DNA of 64,000 bases, from positions 204,540,001 to 204,604,000 of the forward strand of contig NC_058368.1 of assembly GCF_018350175.1 (NCBI RefSeq), read 5' to 3'. Position 1 is the stretch's first letter. Each line of letters opens with the position of its first letter. Of this stretch, positions 22,915 to 36,070 are shown piece after piece. The DNA is from Felis catus. Taxonomy: Eukaryota. The notes beneath the pieces were generated by a model. The model was not told the DNA's origin, searched no databases, and was given only the letters and a program-made list of their open reading frames with translations. The translations under genes were made by a program, and so were the position numbers.

Positions 22915-23300
22915 CGGTCTTCCCAAATTCCTATGTTGAAGGCCTGTTGCCCATACCTCAGAATGTGAGTGTATTTGGATATAAAAATCATTAAGTGGTG
23001 ATTAAGTTAAAATGAGTCCATTAGGGTGGGCCCTACTCCAATCAGACTGCTGTCCTACAGGGAGAGGAAATGTGGTCAAACACAAAGACAGCAGGCATGG
23101 GGACACCCAGAGGAAAGAGTGCACGAGGACCATGCAGAAGGTAGCCATCTGCCAGCTAAGGAGAGAGGTCTCAGGAGAAAACACCTGCAGATACCTTGAT
23201 CTTGGATTTCTACTCTCCATAACTGTGAGATCATAAACTTCTGTTGTTTAAGTCACCTCATCTGTGGTGTTGTGTTATAGCAGCCCCAGCAAAGGGTACC
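22915..23300 (+). mobile_element. MaLR LTR (MLT1A/B/C-like)
   Basis: aaattcctatgttgaag...attagggtgggccctactccaatc...cttgatcttggatttc...aactgtgaga...tgttgtttaagtcacc...tgttatagcagccc. Confidence 0.9.
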
Positions 23301-25406
23301 AACTTCATCACTGGGGGGAATGATGTGAGGTGAGGGGATGCCAAATATTCCCGTAGGGACTTAAAACTGAAGTCTGACAGAGTATGCAGTATAGGTCTGC
23401 ATTCCCTTATTAGCTCTTGACAATCCCGCATTTTTTAAAGCTTCTGGTTTTGCTTTTGTTCTTTGGGGAGTATACACAATGTATTTAGACTCTTTGGTAA
23501 AGAAATCCTGGCCTGATTTGTGATGAGGGTATGCATGGTGTTTATCAATTTTTAAAATTGCTTGATATTCCCCACTCTATATTATCACCGTTCTCAACAT
23601 GTTGGAATACTTTTGTAGGAGAGAGTTCTAGAAGATTTAATTCATAAGACTCTTCATGTTACTTGACTAACATAATGTTGATTGGCACTTCTATGTTGTT
23701 CTTCAAAATGTTGTACTAAAGTAAACAATCACTTGCTCAACATGACAGATGAGTCTCTCCACTCCCAAGTGCCCTCCTAGCTGCCTGCCTTTCACCTAGC
23801 TGTGCCACAGTGCTCCCTGGTGCCTCAAAATCTAATTTATCAGATCTACCACCATATCTGTGGTTATCACTGTGGATTTTAATATGGGTTTGAATCATAT
23901 GATCTACCGGAACCTCAAATGTACACACATAATGATAATATACACGTGATAATGGTGTATCGGGTTCAGTGCCTGGGAAAATTAGCCATTATGCTGGCAA
24001 TGTGTTGAGCCTAACACTTGAAACACAGCTGAGTTCTCTAATGGATCAAATTCCTTAGAACTACCCAGAATGGTCTCTCGTGCAGTCCTTCCACTTCTCC
24101 ATCCACGCACTACTTTAAACTATTCAATTAGAAAGCATCACATTCCTGTCAATTTTCACTCTTAGCCATTTCAAATTCCATTTTGGTCCAAACTAGGTCA
24201 GCCATATTTCAGTGTGCCTGAGATAGTCCCGGTTTCTTGTCCTGGTAAAATCATTAATATTCCCCCTCTCCCTTGATTCTCAAGTGTCCTGGTCCGGATG
24301 ACACATTATATGCTTTTCCTGGCTTTTGCACTCCTACCTTTCCTTGTCTCTTTAAAAATTTCATAGCAAACATTATCTTTAACAAGTTACTGTTCCCTCT
24401 GCTCAAGTTCCTGACATAGTTAAGTCCTAGGAGAGTTTACATCCCATGGAATTAATTTTTCTTATTATGACAGAAGCTCTCAAAATGAAATCAATGTGTA
24501 ACAGGCACTATAGATTCGAGAAACATCCCCACAGAATTAACAGGAAGTAACTCAAAATACCGTGATCCTTCTCCTCTACAGACGATATACATAAACTCAA
24601 TAAATTGAAGAGTCACAGAGGGAATTCCTAGGAGTAGAAAAATTTGTGGCATTCACATCAATATCCCATCCAACAGGTAACCAAGATGTATCTCTCAGAA
24701 GGCAAATGAGGTTGTATAGTCCTAGGAATAATGTTCAGAACACTTAGGAAGCACTTGTAAGAAAGTAAGACATTTTGCTGCTTGACTGGATGCTGCCTGA
24801 TTGGCAGAAAAGGACAGAATTACCTCAGAATGGCCACTGTTGTGAGGCACTTTCAGAGAGACTGTAGACCTCTTGCCTGCTCTTTGCCCAGATAAGCAAA
24901 GACTAAAAGGTCAAGGCTAAAAGATGGCTGAAACAAACTGTCAACAGGGCTGACAGTGCAGCACTGTGGTCAAAGTAAATTTCCACCACAGAAGGAGCTT
25001 CCCTTTCACACTGTGTCTGATGTAGAGGAAGAATAAAGAAGGTTAGCTGTAGGTGGTGAATTTCAAAGAAAGTGTTTCTTTAAAGGTGTTCTGTTTAAGA
25101 CCAAACCCTCTTTGTTTTACATCTCCTTTCCCCAACTTAAAGGAAAAATATACCCCCTGTCCTTTGTCAAGAATTTCTCCTTAACTATGCATTTATTCCC
25201 CTTGGGACATAAACACACATGTATGGAACACATTTTTTAAAAAATCTAGAAAATCCTCACTTTTCTTCAGCTACTTTATTTCTCCATTTCACCGCAAAAG
25301 CACTTAAGAATTTGAAGATGAAAATAGGAAGAGAATGGGTTATACTTAAGATAGAAATCCGTTAGTCTCTACTAATTTTAAAATAGGCAAGAATGAAGGG
25401 TTCTTT

Positions 25407-26820
25407 TTTTTTTTTTGCTATTTCATTTTTTTTATATATGAAATTTATTGACAAATTGGTTTCCATACAACACCCAGTGCTCATCCCAAAAGGTGCCCTC
25501 CTCAATACCCATCACCCACCCTCTCCTCCCTCCCACCCCCCATCAACCTTCAGTTTGTTCTCAGTTTTTAACAGTCTCTTATGCTTTGGCTCTCTCCCAC
25601 TCTAACCTCTTCTTTTTTTTTTTCCTTCCCCTCCCCCATGGGTTCCTGTTAAGTTTCTCAGGATCCACATAAGAGTGAAACCATATGGTATCTGTCTTTC
25701 TCTGTATGGCTTATTTCACTTAGCATCACACTCTCCAGTTCCATCCACGTTGCTACAAAAGGCCATATTTCATTTTTTCTCATTGCCACGTAGTACTCTA
25801 TTGTGTATATAAACCACAATTTCTTTATCCATTCATCAGTTGATGGACATTTAGGCTCTTTCCATAATTTGGCTATTGTTGAGAGTGCTGCTATGAACAT
25901 TGGGGTACAAGTGGCCCTATGCATCAGTACTCCTGTATCCCTTGGATAAATTCCTAGCAATGCTATTGCTGGGTCATACGGTAGGTCTATTTTTAATTTT
26001 CTGAGGAACCTCCACACTGCTTTCCAGAGCGGCTGCACCAGTTTGCATTCCCACCAACAGTGCAAGAGGGTTGCCATTTCTCCACATCCTCTCCAGCATC
26101 TAGAGTCTCCTGATTTGTTCATTTTGGCCACTCTGACTGGCGTGAGGTGATACCTGAGTGTGGTTTTGATTTGTATTTCCCTGATAAGGAGCGATGCTGA
26201 ACATCTTTTCATGTGCCTGTTGGCCATCCGGATGTCTTCTTTAGAGAAGTGTCTATTCATGTTTTCTGCCCATTTCTTCACTGGGTTATTTGTTTTTCGG
26301 GTGTGGAGTTTGGTGAGCTCTTTATAGATTTTGGATACTAGCCCTTTGTCCGATATGTCATTTGTGAATATCTGTTCCCATTCCGTTGGTTGCCTTTTAG
26401 TTTTGTTGGTTGTTTCCTTTGCTGTGCAGAAGCTTTTTATCTTCATAAGGTCCCAGTAATTCACTTTTGCTTTTAATTCCCTTGCCTTTGGGGATGTGTC
26501 GAGTAAGAGATTGCTATGGCTGAGGTCAGAGAGGTCTTTTCCTGCTTTTGATGGTTTCCAGGTTTTGATGGTTTCCTGTCTCACATTTAGGTCCTTTATC
26601 CATTTTGAGTTTATTTTTGTGAATGGTGTGAGAAAGTGGTCTAGTTTCAACCTTCTGCATGTTGCTGTCCAGTTCTCCCAGCACCATTTGTTAAAGAGGC
26701 TGTCTTTTTTCCATTGGATGTTCTTTCCTGCTTTGTCAAAGATGAGTTGGCCATATGTTTGTGGTTCTAGTTCTGGGGTTTCTATTCTATTCCATTGGTC
26801 TATGTGTCTGTTTTTGTGCC
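25407..26820 (-). mobile_element. Young 5'-truncated felid L1 (ORF2 C-terminal ~330 codons still open, plus 3'UTR)
   Basis: ORF 25658..26650 matches the L1 ORF2 C-terminus; T-tail; TSD atgaagg(g/a)ttcttt at 25393 and 26821. Confidence 0.97.
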
Positions 26821-26834
26821 ATGAAGGATTCTTT

Positions 26835-27710
26835 CTTACGGCAGAATTCCAGTAGACAAATGTGCAGAGAGTGTTAGCACTGGAAAATCATTTGCAACCA
26901 ATATATTAAAAGTTTACTTGGGCAGCAGTTGCCAATGGATGCTTAATATGCAAAGGGGACTTTAATAAGATGCAGAATATTTGCATTATCTCAACTTCTC
27001 TTCCTTTAGATTGCTTATTAGCTGTGGGGTGGGGGCGTCACATACGACCTACTGGCATTATCAAAGTTAACATCACCAGTGGGGAGCACGACATTATATA
27101 CTTCCAAGGGTGATGCCTTGAAATTACACAACATCACTTATGCAGCATTCCAGCCAGAGACACATAATCTCAATCAAATCATGAGGAAACATCAAACAAA
27201 CCCAAATTGAGGATTGTTCAGTAGAATGATTGGCCCCTATTGTTTAAAATGTCAAGGCCGGAGAGAGTGAGGAACTCTTCCATCTTAAGCAAGACTGAAG
27301 AGGCAGGGTAACTAAATTTAACATTTGATTCTGGACCTGATCATGAACTGGAGGAGTGAAAGTGCTGTTAACATGAGTAGGGAAATTGGCCAAGTGGAAC
27401 TATGGAGTTTAGATTCCATAGAAGTATAGTGTACAGGTTAAATGTCCTCAGTCCAATAACTGTACTGTGCTTAATTAGGTAAGAGCCTTAGGTGAGGATA
27501 CATACTGAAATGTTTAGCTATAGGTGGAGATAATATATGCAATCTAGTTTCAAGTTGTGTGGATGTGTGTCTGAGAGACTGAGAAAGAGACAGATGTAGA
27601 CGAAACGTGGCATCCTGAACCTTGAGCCATATGGGTAAAATGTCTGCTGGATTTCTATAGGCTATTCCTGCATCTTTCCTGTGAAGTTCAACTTATTTCC
27701 AAGTGAAAAC
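26835..27710 (+). mobile_element. Old L1 (L1MC-like) 3'UTR remnant
   Basis: atcaaagttaacatcaccagt...catcacttatg...atcatgaggaaacatcaaacaaacccaaattgaggat is characteristic of L1MC 3'UTRs. Confidence 0.7.
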
Positions 27711-27713
27711 CAC

Positions 27714-27752
<39 letters not shown>

Positions 27753-27806
27753 TTTTAGAGAAAGAAAGAGAGTTCAAGTTGGGGAGGAGGGAGAGAGGGA
27801 TGGAGG

Positions 27807-27860
<54 letters not shown>

Positions 27861-27985
27861 ATCTTAAGCAGGCTGTACACTCAGGGCAGAGCCTCATGCG
27901 GGGCCTCGATCCCACCACCTGGGATCATGACCTGAGCCAAAATTAAGAGTCCCATACTCAACCCAGGAAGCCACCCAGGCCCCCC
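27714..27985 (-). mobile_element. CanSINE with (TTTA)n tail and long (GA)n
   Basis: SINE body; flanking ccaagtgaaaa repeated on both sides. Confidence 0.9.
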
Positions 27986-28369
27986 TCCCCCCCAAGTGAA
28001 AATCTTTAAAAAGTCACCCTAAGGGCACACATTCACCATCTCCATCTTTCCCTTCCCAGCCTCTCCTAACCTCTACAAGAACACTGTCATTTCCACAACG
28101 GGACTCTTATCCTCGCCATCCTCATAGTCCTTGGCTGCCACGATGTCCCAGTCTCCTTGTTTCTATTGTACTTCAGGAGACGCTCCTTCTCAGCTGGGTC
28201 GGTGGGCGTCTCTTCCGTGCCCGGCTTCTGCAATGCCCCCAGGACTAAATATTTTGGTTTCCTAAATATCTTGGAGTGATTGTGCAGTTGGAAAAGAGGC
28301 CTGTAAGCATCAACGTTGCCACAAAACAAATGCACACTCCACAGGGATAACTGAGAAGCGTTTAACGGA

Positions 28370-30030
28370 GTGACTCCCCGCAAAGGGCGGGTGGGGGCAG
28401 GTTAAAGGAAATGGACGGGGAAGCACTCCAGGCCAGGGCTGGCACCAGAAGGAAACAGTCGCCCCCTAGGTCACGGGAGAAAGGAGAACGAGTGGTGTGG
28501 TACCAAGGAAGTGCCCGAAGAGATGGCCACCTCACAACAGTTTTGGCCTTGGGTTAAGTAACTTACCCCCCTGAGGCGTAGCTGGGAGCGGCCAGGGGAA
28601 GAAGCCACCCACCTCCTGCTTCCACAGGGAACGCCCAGACCCGCTGCTCACGCACGCGGTCTGCGAGGTGGAGAAAAGGGCTCACCGGTGCCACGGAAGG
28701 AGACGGAAGGGCGGCTGTGATGCCGTCCAAGAGCAGGGACTGTGACCTTATAGGGCCTTAAAAAACAAAAAACAACGAAAAAACAAACCCAAACCACACA
28801 ACCACCACCTCCCCCCCCCAGCCCCCGCCCCCGCCCCCGTCCCCCGGGACTCTCAAAGTCTGGGGAAGGCGAAGGGGGCGGGGCGGGTCCGGGATCGCAT
28901 GCTGGGCACCCCACTCGGGTACTTTGGGGGGGGGGCGCAAAGGGCGCGCAAGCTGGGCAATTTCGCCCGAATCAGATCACCTGTTCTTTTGTGGTTTTTT
29001 TTGTTTTTTCTTTTTTTCTCCCTGTTAAAATTCTAGACCATCATGGGGTCATTTATGGTTCCCACCCCTGCCAGATCCCTCTTCAGCCCTGCTGGGCGCT
29101 GCGCCTCAGCCCAGTCCCGCCGTCGCTTCCCCCACGGGCGGCAGCGACGCCTAGGGAACCCCTCCCCTGGCGGCTCCGGGTCCCTCAGGCCCAGGAAGAC
29201 CCCTTTCACCCCGAACTCAGTGGCCGTTCCCGCACTTCCCCGCCTTCCGCGTCTCCTGCAGTGGGGAACCGCCCCCCCCTCCCCACCCCCCGCGCCTTTG
29301 AGGGCAAATGAGCTTTTACGTTGGGAAGAATAATTTTTAAAGTTTGATATTTTGCAAAAGGAACAGAAACAGTTCCCCAGTTCCCTGAATGTCCATTCAT
29401 TGTAAAGGTGAAGCCTGTAAAATTCTCTTCGCGCAAACGAAGGTGATTTCGCGTGGAAACACAAAAACCTAACAAGGATCCAGAATGCACAACGGTTTGA
29501 GCTCCCTCAGTGTCCCTGACGACTCAAGGCCCGGGAGGACCCCGCCCTCCAAGGTCCCGCTGGGCTGGCTCTGGCGACTCAGGGTCCGCCCGCGCCACGC
29601 TTTCTGGACACAGCCGAGGCCGCCGGGCCGCGCGGGACGCACGCGGGGTCGGCTCTGCGGCTCCCACCCGCCCGCGGGCCAAACCCGCCCTCTCCTAGTG
29701 CCGCCTCCGGCTCCAGCCCCGCGTGGACTGGAATCCGGGCGGGTCCGGGCAGGGGGCGCGGCTCCTTCCCGCCAGGGCTCACTCCCGGGGCCCCAGCGCG
29801 CGGGGACTTTGTGTCGCGTCCGGCCGGGCTCCAGGCGTGGGTTCCCCCCCACCCGCCGCAGGTCAGGGAGCAGAGCGCACGCCCGCCCCCGACCCATCCT
29901 ACTCAGTGCAGATCGCTCTGGGCCTTCACCCCGACCCGCAGAACTACAAGTCCCCGAGGCCACCGGCACCGTGGGGAGCTCCTGTGGGGAGTGTGATAGG
30001 GCAAAGGGTTCGGTTATCGCGCAGCCTTCA
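28370..30030. promoter_or_regulatory. CpG island / promoter without recognisable CDS
   Basis: Dense CpG; GC boxes (ccccgccccc at ~28822-28837, ggggcgggg at ~28875); ZNF143/SBS-like actacaagtccccgaggc at 29943-29960. Confidence 0.75.
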
Positions 30031-30864
30031 GTTTTCCTCTCCCTGTCCTATTCCACCCCAAAGGGTGCAGGCTGTGAAGTTTTCACGCTAAAAAATTTTC
30101 TTCTGAATGAAACAGATGGACAGCATCCAGTAAGCAATTCTTCCTAAGCATTTTTGTGCAAGCCGGGATTAGCAAAAGAATAAACTTCGTGCAGGTTGGG
30201 TCTGATGCCAAACGAGTTCCGCAGTCCTGCCTCCATCTTGCACTGTAGGCTGGCAGAACCGTTTGGATTTGGGCATTGCTAATAAAGAACTGTGGAACTC
30301 TCCTCCGAATCCCCTCAGTTACGGACAAGAGGGTTTTTAAGGGACTGTCATTCTCTCAGTGAATTGAAAGCATGTTTCATTTATTACCCCCTTCCTCTTA
30401 AGTGTTACTATTCAAATCACTCCCCAGAAAAGCTGAGGATGAAATATAGAAACAATTCAATTCGGGACAATAATTTATCTCCCATCCTCACTCATCTTCT
30501 CTCTTAAACAAACCTCCCAATGGGTGGGGGGCGGGGGGGGGGGAGGCCAAAAAAGAAAATGAGAGACGTCAAGTAATTAATGTCTCCAAAACACATCTAT
30601 GATAACAGTTCCTAGGGTGGTAGGCTAGCTCATATGGAAAAACCCTCCCTTAGATACTTTTGTTTTGTTTTGTCTTTTTGAGACTGCAAAGGGAAAATCC
30701 CCTTGTGGTCCAAGACATGGAGGAGCAAGTACTCTGCAATTCACTGAAGACATGGTGTTCACAGTGGTCCAGCAACAGCATCCACACCAGCAGAGGTGGC
30801 CCAGAAAATCCTGAAGGAGAGGAGGGAGAGAGTGGGGCATGGGATGGGATCTTGGAACAGAAGA

Positions 30865-32750
30865 GGTGAGGATATATATTTTACCTGTAATCGGTATTTT
30901 AAGCTGATGATACCCAATGTTATTAAGAGCATTAAGAGTGTAGGGCAGTGCCATATACTCTAAGTCAAATTTGTTGCTGCTGAATTTTGATTAGCAGTAA
31001 AACTATATTTAAATTTATAAAATTTATAACACAAGAACTTTATACAACATATAAATTTAACTTCCAGCAATGTATTCCACCATTCCATAGGATTAAGATA
31101 ATTTAAGCCAAAAGGGAGAAACTGGGAAATGTCTAAAAATAGGAAATTGGAAATAAAAATTTCTGGCACCCCTCAAAATGACATATACAGTTGGTAAAAG
31201 AAAGAGCAGTTTCACTAGTAGGCATAATAAAAGTTGGCTGGGTATTAAACATGTTAAGAAGTAAAAGTGTGTCACAATGGTGTCTATATCATGATTACAT
31301 ATTTATATATAACTAGAACACATACAGGACATGATAGCTTTTAAGAATTACTTAGGGCACGTTTGGTTTAAAATTCAGAAGGTAGAAAATTCTAGACAGG
31401 CAAGTGAGTGCCCATGCTGATAGAACATAACCCTGAGTATCTTGACCTGTGGTTGGTACCACTCTGTCACATGATGTTTCCATTGTGGAAAGTATCACTA
31501 TCTCTGTTAACTGGGAGAAACAAAGAGTGTGATATACCTTCTCTTCACTTCAGGTCTGCTTTGATGCAAAAGAGTTTTGGAGCCAATTGTGTGTGTGGAG
31601 AGAGTCCAGGCTTTAAGAAGTTTGGGACTGTAGAATCTCCAGTAAGACATTCTAGAACTGTATTCCACACTCTACCAGTGGTTATTGGCAAGCAGGATTG
31701 TAGAATCCTTTCTTTTCTTGTCTACACAGGAGCAATTTATCCCTTCTCCCTAACCCCCATTGATTAGTTATTGCTTTGGAAACAAGAAAAGGAAAGGTAG
31801 AGAAAAAAGAAACAGTGTAATTTCTGGCCAATTTTATCTTCAATGATTGTGTCTTTTCTTACACACACTCACTCAGAACCAACAAATTACTGTGTTTAAA
31901 TAAAGGCACACTAGCATCTATAACATACGTCAATGTCTTCAATTCTTCAGGGGGTAGAATGTATGTTCACAAGCCAACTATGACCGGAGAAATCAGCATT
32001 GAGTTTGAAACAGCAGGAATATCATCCTGTCGCCAAACAGGTGGACTAGACAATGGTTTTCAATTCTCCAAGAAAGGCCAACACTTGTTTACTGGATAAG
32101 CTCCATACAGCCTCAGACCAGTCAGAAAATAAAGTAGGGTGAAAGGAGTTTAGGAAATAGCTTTTGGGGATGAAAGCCTAGGGCATTCAAGTGCCACAAA
32201 TTGGTGAAATTTGTCCTCGCAAAGTTGCTGGAAAAGAGCAAATGGCATAAAATCCCAGTTAATATTTATCGACATTACGTGGTGCTGGATGTGTGCTTAA
32301 GGGAGTACACCGTCTAAACACATTGATGTGGCGGCATGTATAATTGAACGTTGTTTTCCTGAATGAGGAAAATGAAGCAGAAGGGATAAACTAACGTTTG
32401 AACGTCAAGAGGTGAGAGATTTGAACAACAGAATGACCACAGCAGAATCCTAACACTGAAACCTTCAGCCTACATGGGCCAGGTGTCTAATTTCACCATG
32501 TCTGGGGCCACCATTCTCAGTGGACTATCTCCCATCCCCTCACCGGGAACCCCAGACGACAGAGGCCTCTCTTCCTTGGACTTGCTCTGAGTTCCCAAGG
32601 TGACACCGAACAAGTGAACAAGTGTATATGTTTCTGGTGGGAGAAGGGAAGTTCAAGAAACACTAGTGCAAATGATGAACAACCCAAAGGTACTAGGAGG
32701 CACCTCAAGATAGACTCTATCGGACAATGTCCTAGGCCTCCCAGGGGAAC
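30865..32750 (+). repeat. Old direct duplication, copy 1 (paralogous to 44700-48470)
   Basis: Collinear shared blocks: gatacccaatgttatt; tatcatgatt.catatttatat.taactag; tt.tt.ggcaag.ag..ttgtagaat; taaaggcacac; cagaatccta; tctcttccttgg. Confidence 0.85.
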
Positions 32751-33533
32751 ACTGGTCTCTTATTTGTATTTTTTTACCCACCTGTTCTCCCCCCCACCCC
32801 CCTCACGCTGTCCTATCTCTTAGATTTTGGTGAGAAGGTCTTGCTGAGTGACTGCCTTCTTACAGCTAATCTTTTGGTTTTTGAGAAAGAAATCAGATAA
32901 AAAGCAGGCTTCATCCCAGGAAAACCACAGTGGTGTTTCTCACTCTGGTAATGCAAGTAGGTAGCATCTGTGGCCCACCTGACTTACAGGAAGGCTGTGA
33001 TGTGGAGCTTATGGGAAATAATCTGGTGAGCACTGGTTATTGCACAGAACCAGTAATATTCTGATTCGGATTTGTACCATTATTGTGCCCTATAAGTAGA
33101 GTAATTCCAAAGAGGTGTATTTTCTCTAGATAAGTTTACATCTAGGAACTTATGTTAGAGGGTAGTCTATAAATTGGATTACCATGCTGCTTTAAGTAGA
33201 AGACACTATTTTTGAGTAAAAAAGGAAAGACGTCCAAAATATGAATAAGTGACAAGTTGTTGATTCCTGTACGTAATGCGATTTCCTTGGAGGGAAATAC
33301 AAGTTGATTGTTTGCATTTGTATACGTTATAGAAATACTCCAAAATATATCAATAGTGGTTACTTAACCATTGGGAGGTAGGAAAAAGGAAGGTATAACT
33401 TCTGTTTTTACTTTGTATCTTACTGTTTTATTTCACTTGGAAAGAAATATGTATCATTTTGGTGGTAAAATGTTTAGCGATAACTCAAAAGTAATAAAAT
33501 AATTCTATTCACTTTCCTTTAAAAAATTATCCT

Positions 33534-33995
33534 GGGGGCGCCTGGGTGGCTCGGTCGGTTAAGTGTCCGACTTCGGCTCAGGTCATGATCTCGTGGTTCG
33601 TGAGTTCAAGCCCCGCGTCGGGCTCTGTGCTGACAGCTCGGAGCCTGGAGCCTGTTTCCAATTCTGTGTCTCCCTCTCTCTCTCTGACTCTCCCCCGTTC
33701 ATGCTCTGTCTCTCTCTGTCTCAAAAATAAATAAACGTTTAAAAAAAATTTTTTTTTTAAAATAAAAATAAAAAATTATCCTGAGGGACACCTCGGTGGC
33801 TCAGTCAGTTAAGTGTCTAACTTCAGCTCAGGTCATGATCTCACAGTTTGTGAGTTGGAGCCCGTGTCAGGCTCTGTGCTGACAACTTAGAGCCTGGAGT
33901 CTGCTTTGATTTTGTGTCTCCCTCTCTCTCTCTCCCCCTCCCCAACTCATATTCTGTCTCTCTCTATCTCAAAAATAAACATTAGAAAAAAATTA
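33534..33995 (+). mobile_element. Two CanSINEs in tandem
   Basis: Heads at ~33534 and ~33784; aaaaaattat(c/g)ctg repeated at the junctions. Confidence 0.93.
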
Positions 33996-34507
33996 TGCTG
34001 ATATTTTTGAAGAACTTACTATATATTATGTACTATTCTATATGTTTTATTTTTATTGTGTTATTTATCATTTATTTAGATGTTATTATGTCTATTCTAT
34101 AGGTAAGGAAATGCAGCTTTCCAGAATCTAAGTATTTGTTGGCATGAGGGGCTGCTTAGCAAGTGGTTAGTCTGGTTATGTGGCTCTCCATTGGGAGACT
34201 CCACACCTCTGTTATAGTCAGCAGGGCCCCCATCTAAAGCCATCACCTTTGTTTTCCTACCTGGAGACACATTATCTAAAGTCATGTGGCTGCTGAATGG
34301 CTATAGAACCTATTCAATTTGCTTTTAAGGAAGATAAAAATGATGTACATTCCTTGTAAGATGGGGGGGGGGAATAATGTGGCTTCCAAAGAGTCCCCCC
34401 TGCTCCAATGCGAAATTCAGAGAAATGAGCCCCCACTCCACTGCTGTGTCAAGTCTAGAGAAAGAAGAGGCAAATAATATTTATGTTATTAACAAATATG
34501 AATCCTT

Positions 34508-34531
34508 CTTTATTTTTATTTATTTTTTTTG

Positions 34532-34562
<31 letters not shown>

Positions 34563-34735
34563 CACAAAGTGGGGAGGGGCAGAGAGAGAGGGAGAGAATC
34601 TTAAGCAGGCTCCAGGCTCAGGACAGGGAATGGGGGGCCAATTGCAGGGCTTGATCTTAGGACTGAACCGTGAGATCATGTCCTGAGCCTAAATCAAGAA
34701 TCAGGCACTTAACTGACTGAGCCACACAGGCACCC
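34508..34735 (-). mobile_element. CanSINE
   Basis: SINE body with T-tail and (GA)n. Confidence 0.9.
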
Positions 34736-35057
34736 TGTGAAGCCTTCTTTAAAAACAAGAATGGGAACTCTCTTGAGAAATGTGAATTCCTGGAGTTGGA
34801 CTCCAGCTGTCTGGAGGATGGACCCTGAAAGCAAGAGCAGACCCAACTGGCAAGTGGTCGTTGGGGATTGTAGTGGTGACCCCAGGAAGGTGGCTTCAGC
34901 ATTTCCTGGGCTAAGGAGCAGGGATATGTCTCCCGAGGGTGAAGAGACAGTAGACATTTGCATTGTAGAGAGTGGGTGGGACAGGGGAGGGCAGTAACAC
35001 ACAGTGGAGAGGGTCTCCCAGTGGGAACCTACATTACCCAGGCAGCCTTAGTTCCAT
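34720..35057 (-). pseudogene. Possible highly decayed ANXA2R-like relic
   Basis: acATGGAACTAAGGCTGCCTGGG (MELRLPG vs M.PHFPG), and ~210 nt later PLASWVCS (vs GLLSWVCP in the 54-kb copy) at matching spacing. Confidence 0.3.
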
Positions 35058-35639
35058 GTCAGTCGCGTGGAAACAGAAACCACCCACTGCAGCAGGAGAT
35101 GCTCTATTAGGGAATCTTGATTTACACAATCTAAAAGTACACTCTTCTTTTTAAATCAAATGGTACTGGTTTCCTGGTCTCCAGTGACCATGAAAGTTTC
35201 CTTGAAGGATCACTTAATAATGTTTTATTCTTACACATTTTTTATTTTCTATTCTATTCTGGAAAACGTCTGTGTGTCTTAATGTAGAAACTAAACAGCT
35301 CAAATGAAATGGGGTAATATAATCTGACACACTTAGGAAGAAAATGTAACAACCCATCTCCAAAGACATTTGGTTGGATCTCCCTTGCCAATCTCTTGGG
35401 TACATGTCTGGTCAATCTTATAATTGATTGGGTCACTGTCATGTATTTGAGTGGTCTTATTGTCAGCAATCAATTGAAAGTGAACCAAAACTTCCATCTT
35501 TCATCTAAATCATTTCTTAGGTCTGCCTGGAGGCCAGCAGGCCCTCTTTGGACAGGATCGTTGCAGTCCAGATACCTCCCACCTGGGCCACCATTTGCCT
35601 TCTGTCTGTCCGTGATTGTATGAAACTTGTTCTAGACTC

Positions 35640-36070
35640 AGAGCCTTTGCAGTTTAATGTTCTCTCTTGATGATAACTCCTCTCCCAGGCTCTGCATGGC
35701 TCCCTCTATCGCATTATTCATATCTAAGTTGAAAGGATACTGGCACATCTCTGACAATTCTATCCTGACTACCCTAGCTAAGACAGCACCCTCCCAGCTA
35801 CATTCCTTTCTAATTAACTTGCATAACATTTTTGATAGCACTGTCACTCACACATAGTCTTCTTTCTTTAATTTGTGAGCATGTGTCTTGCTTGTTTCCT
35901 TCCACGCAAGTGTCAGATACTTTACAGCAGAACTCATGTCTGCCTTGTCAGTTGCTGTATTTCCAGGGCCTTGATTACCATGTAGCCCAATATAGGCACT
36001 TAGAAGGTATTCATGAATGAAGAAGGAATGAATGCATACAAAATACTCTCCAGCCATTGGCTCAACAGAG
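35640..36070 (+). mobile_element. L2/MIR-age LINE 3' remnant
   Basis: agcactgtcactc...gtcagatacttta...tgtatttccagggcct...taggcacttag...atgaatgaa resembles an L2 3' end. Confidence 0.55.

Noticed and set aside
25658..26650. 330-aa ORF as a host gene
   Set aside because: It is the L1 ORF2 C-terminus in a 5'-truncated insertion with TSD and poly-A.
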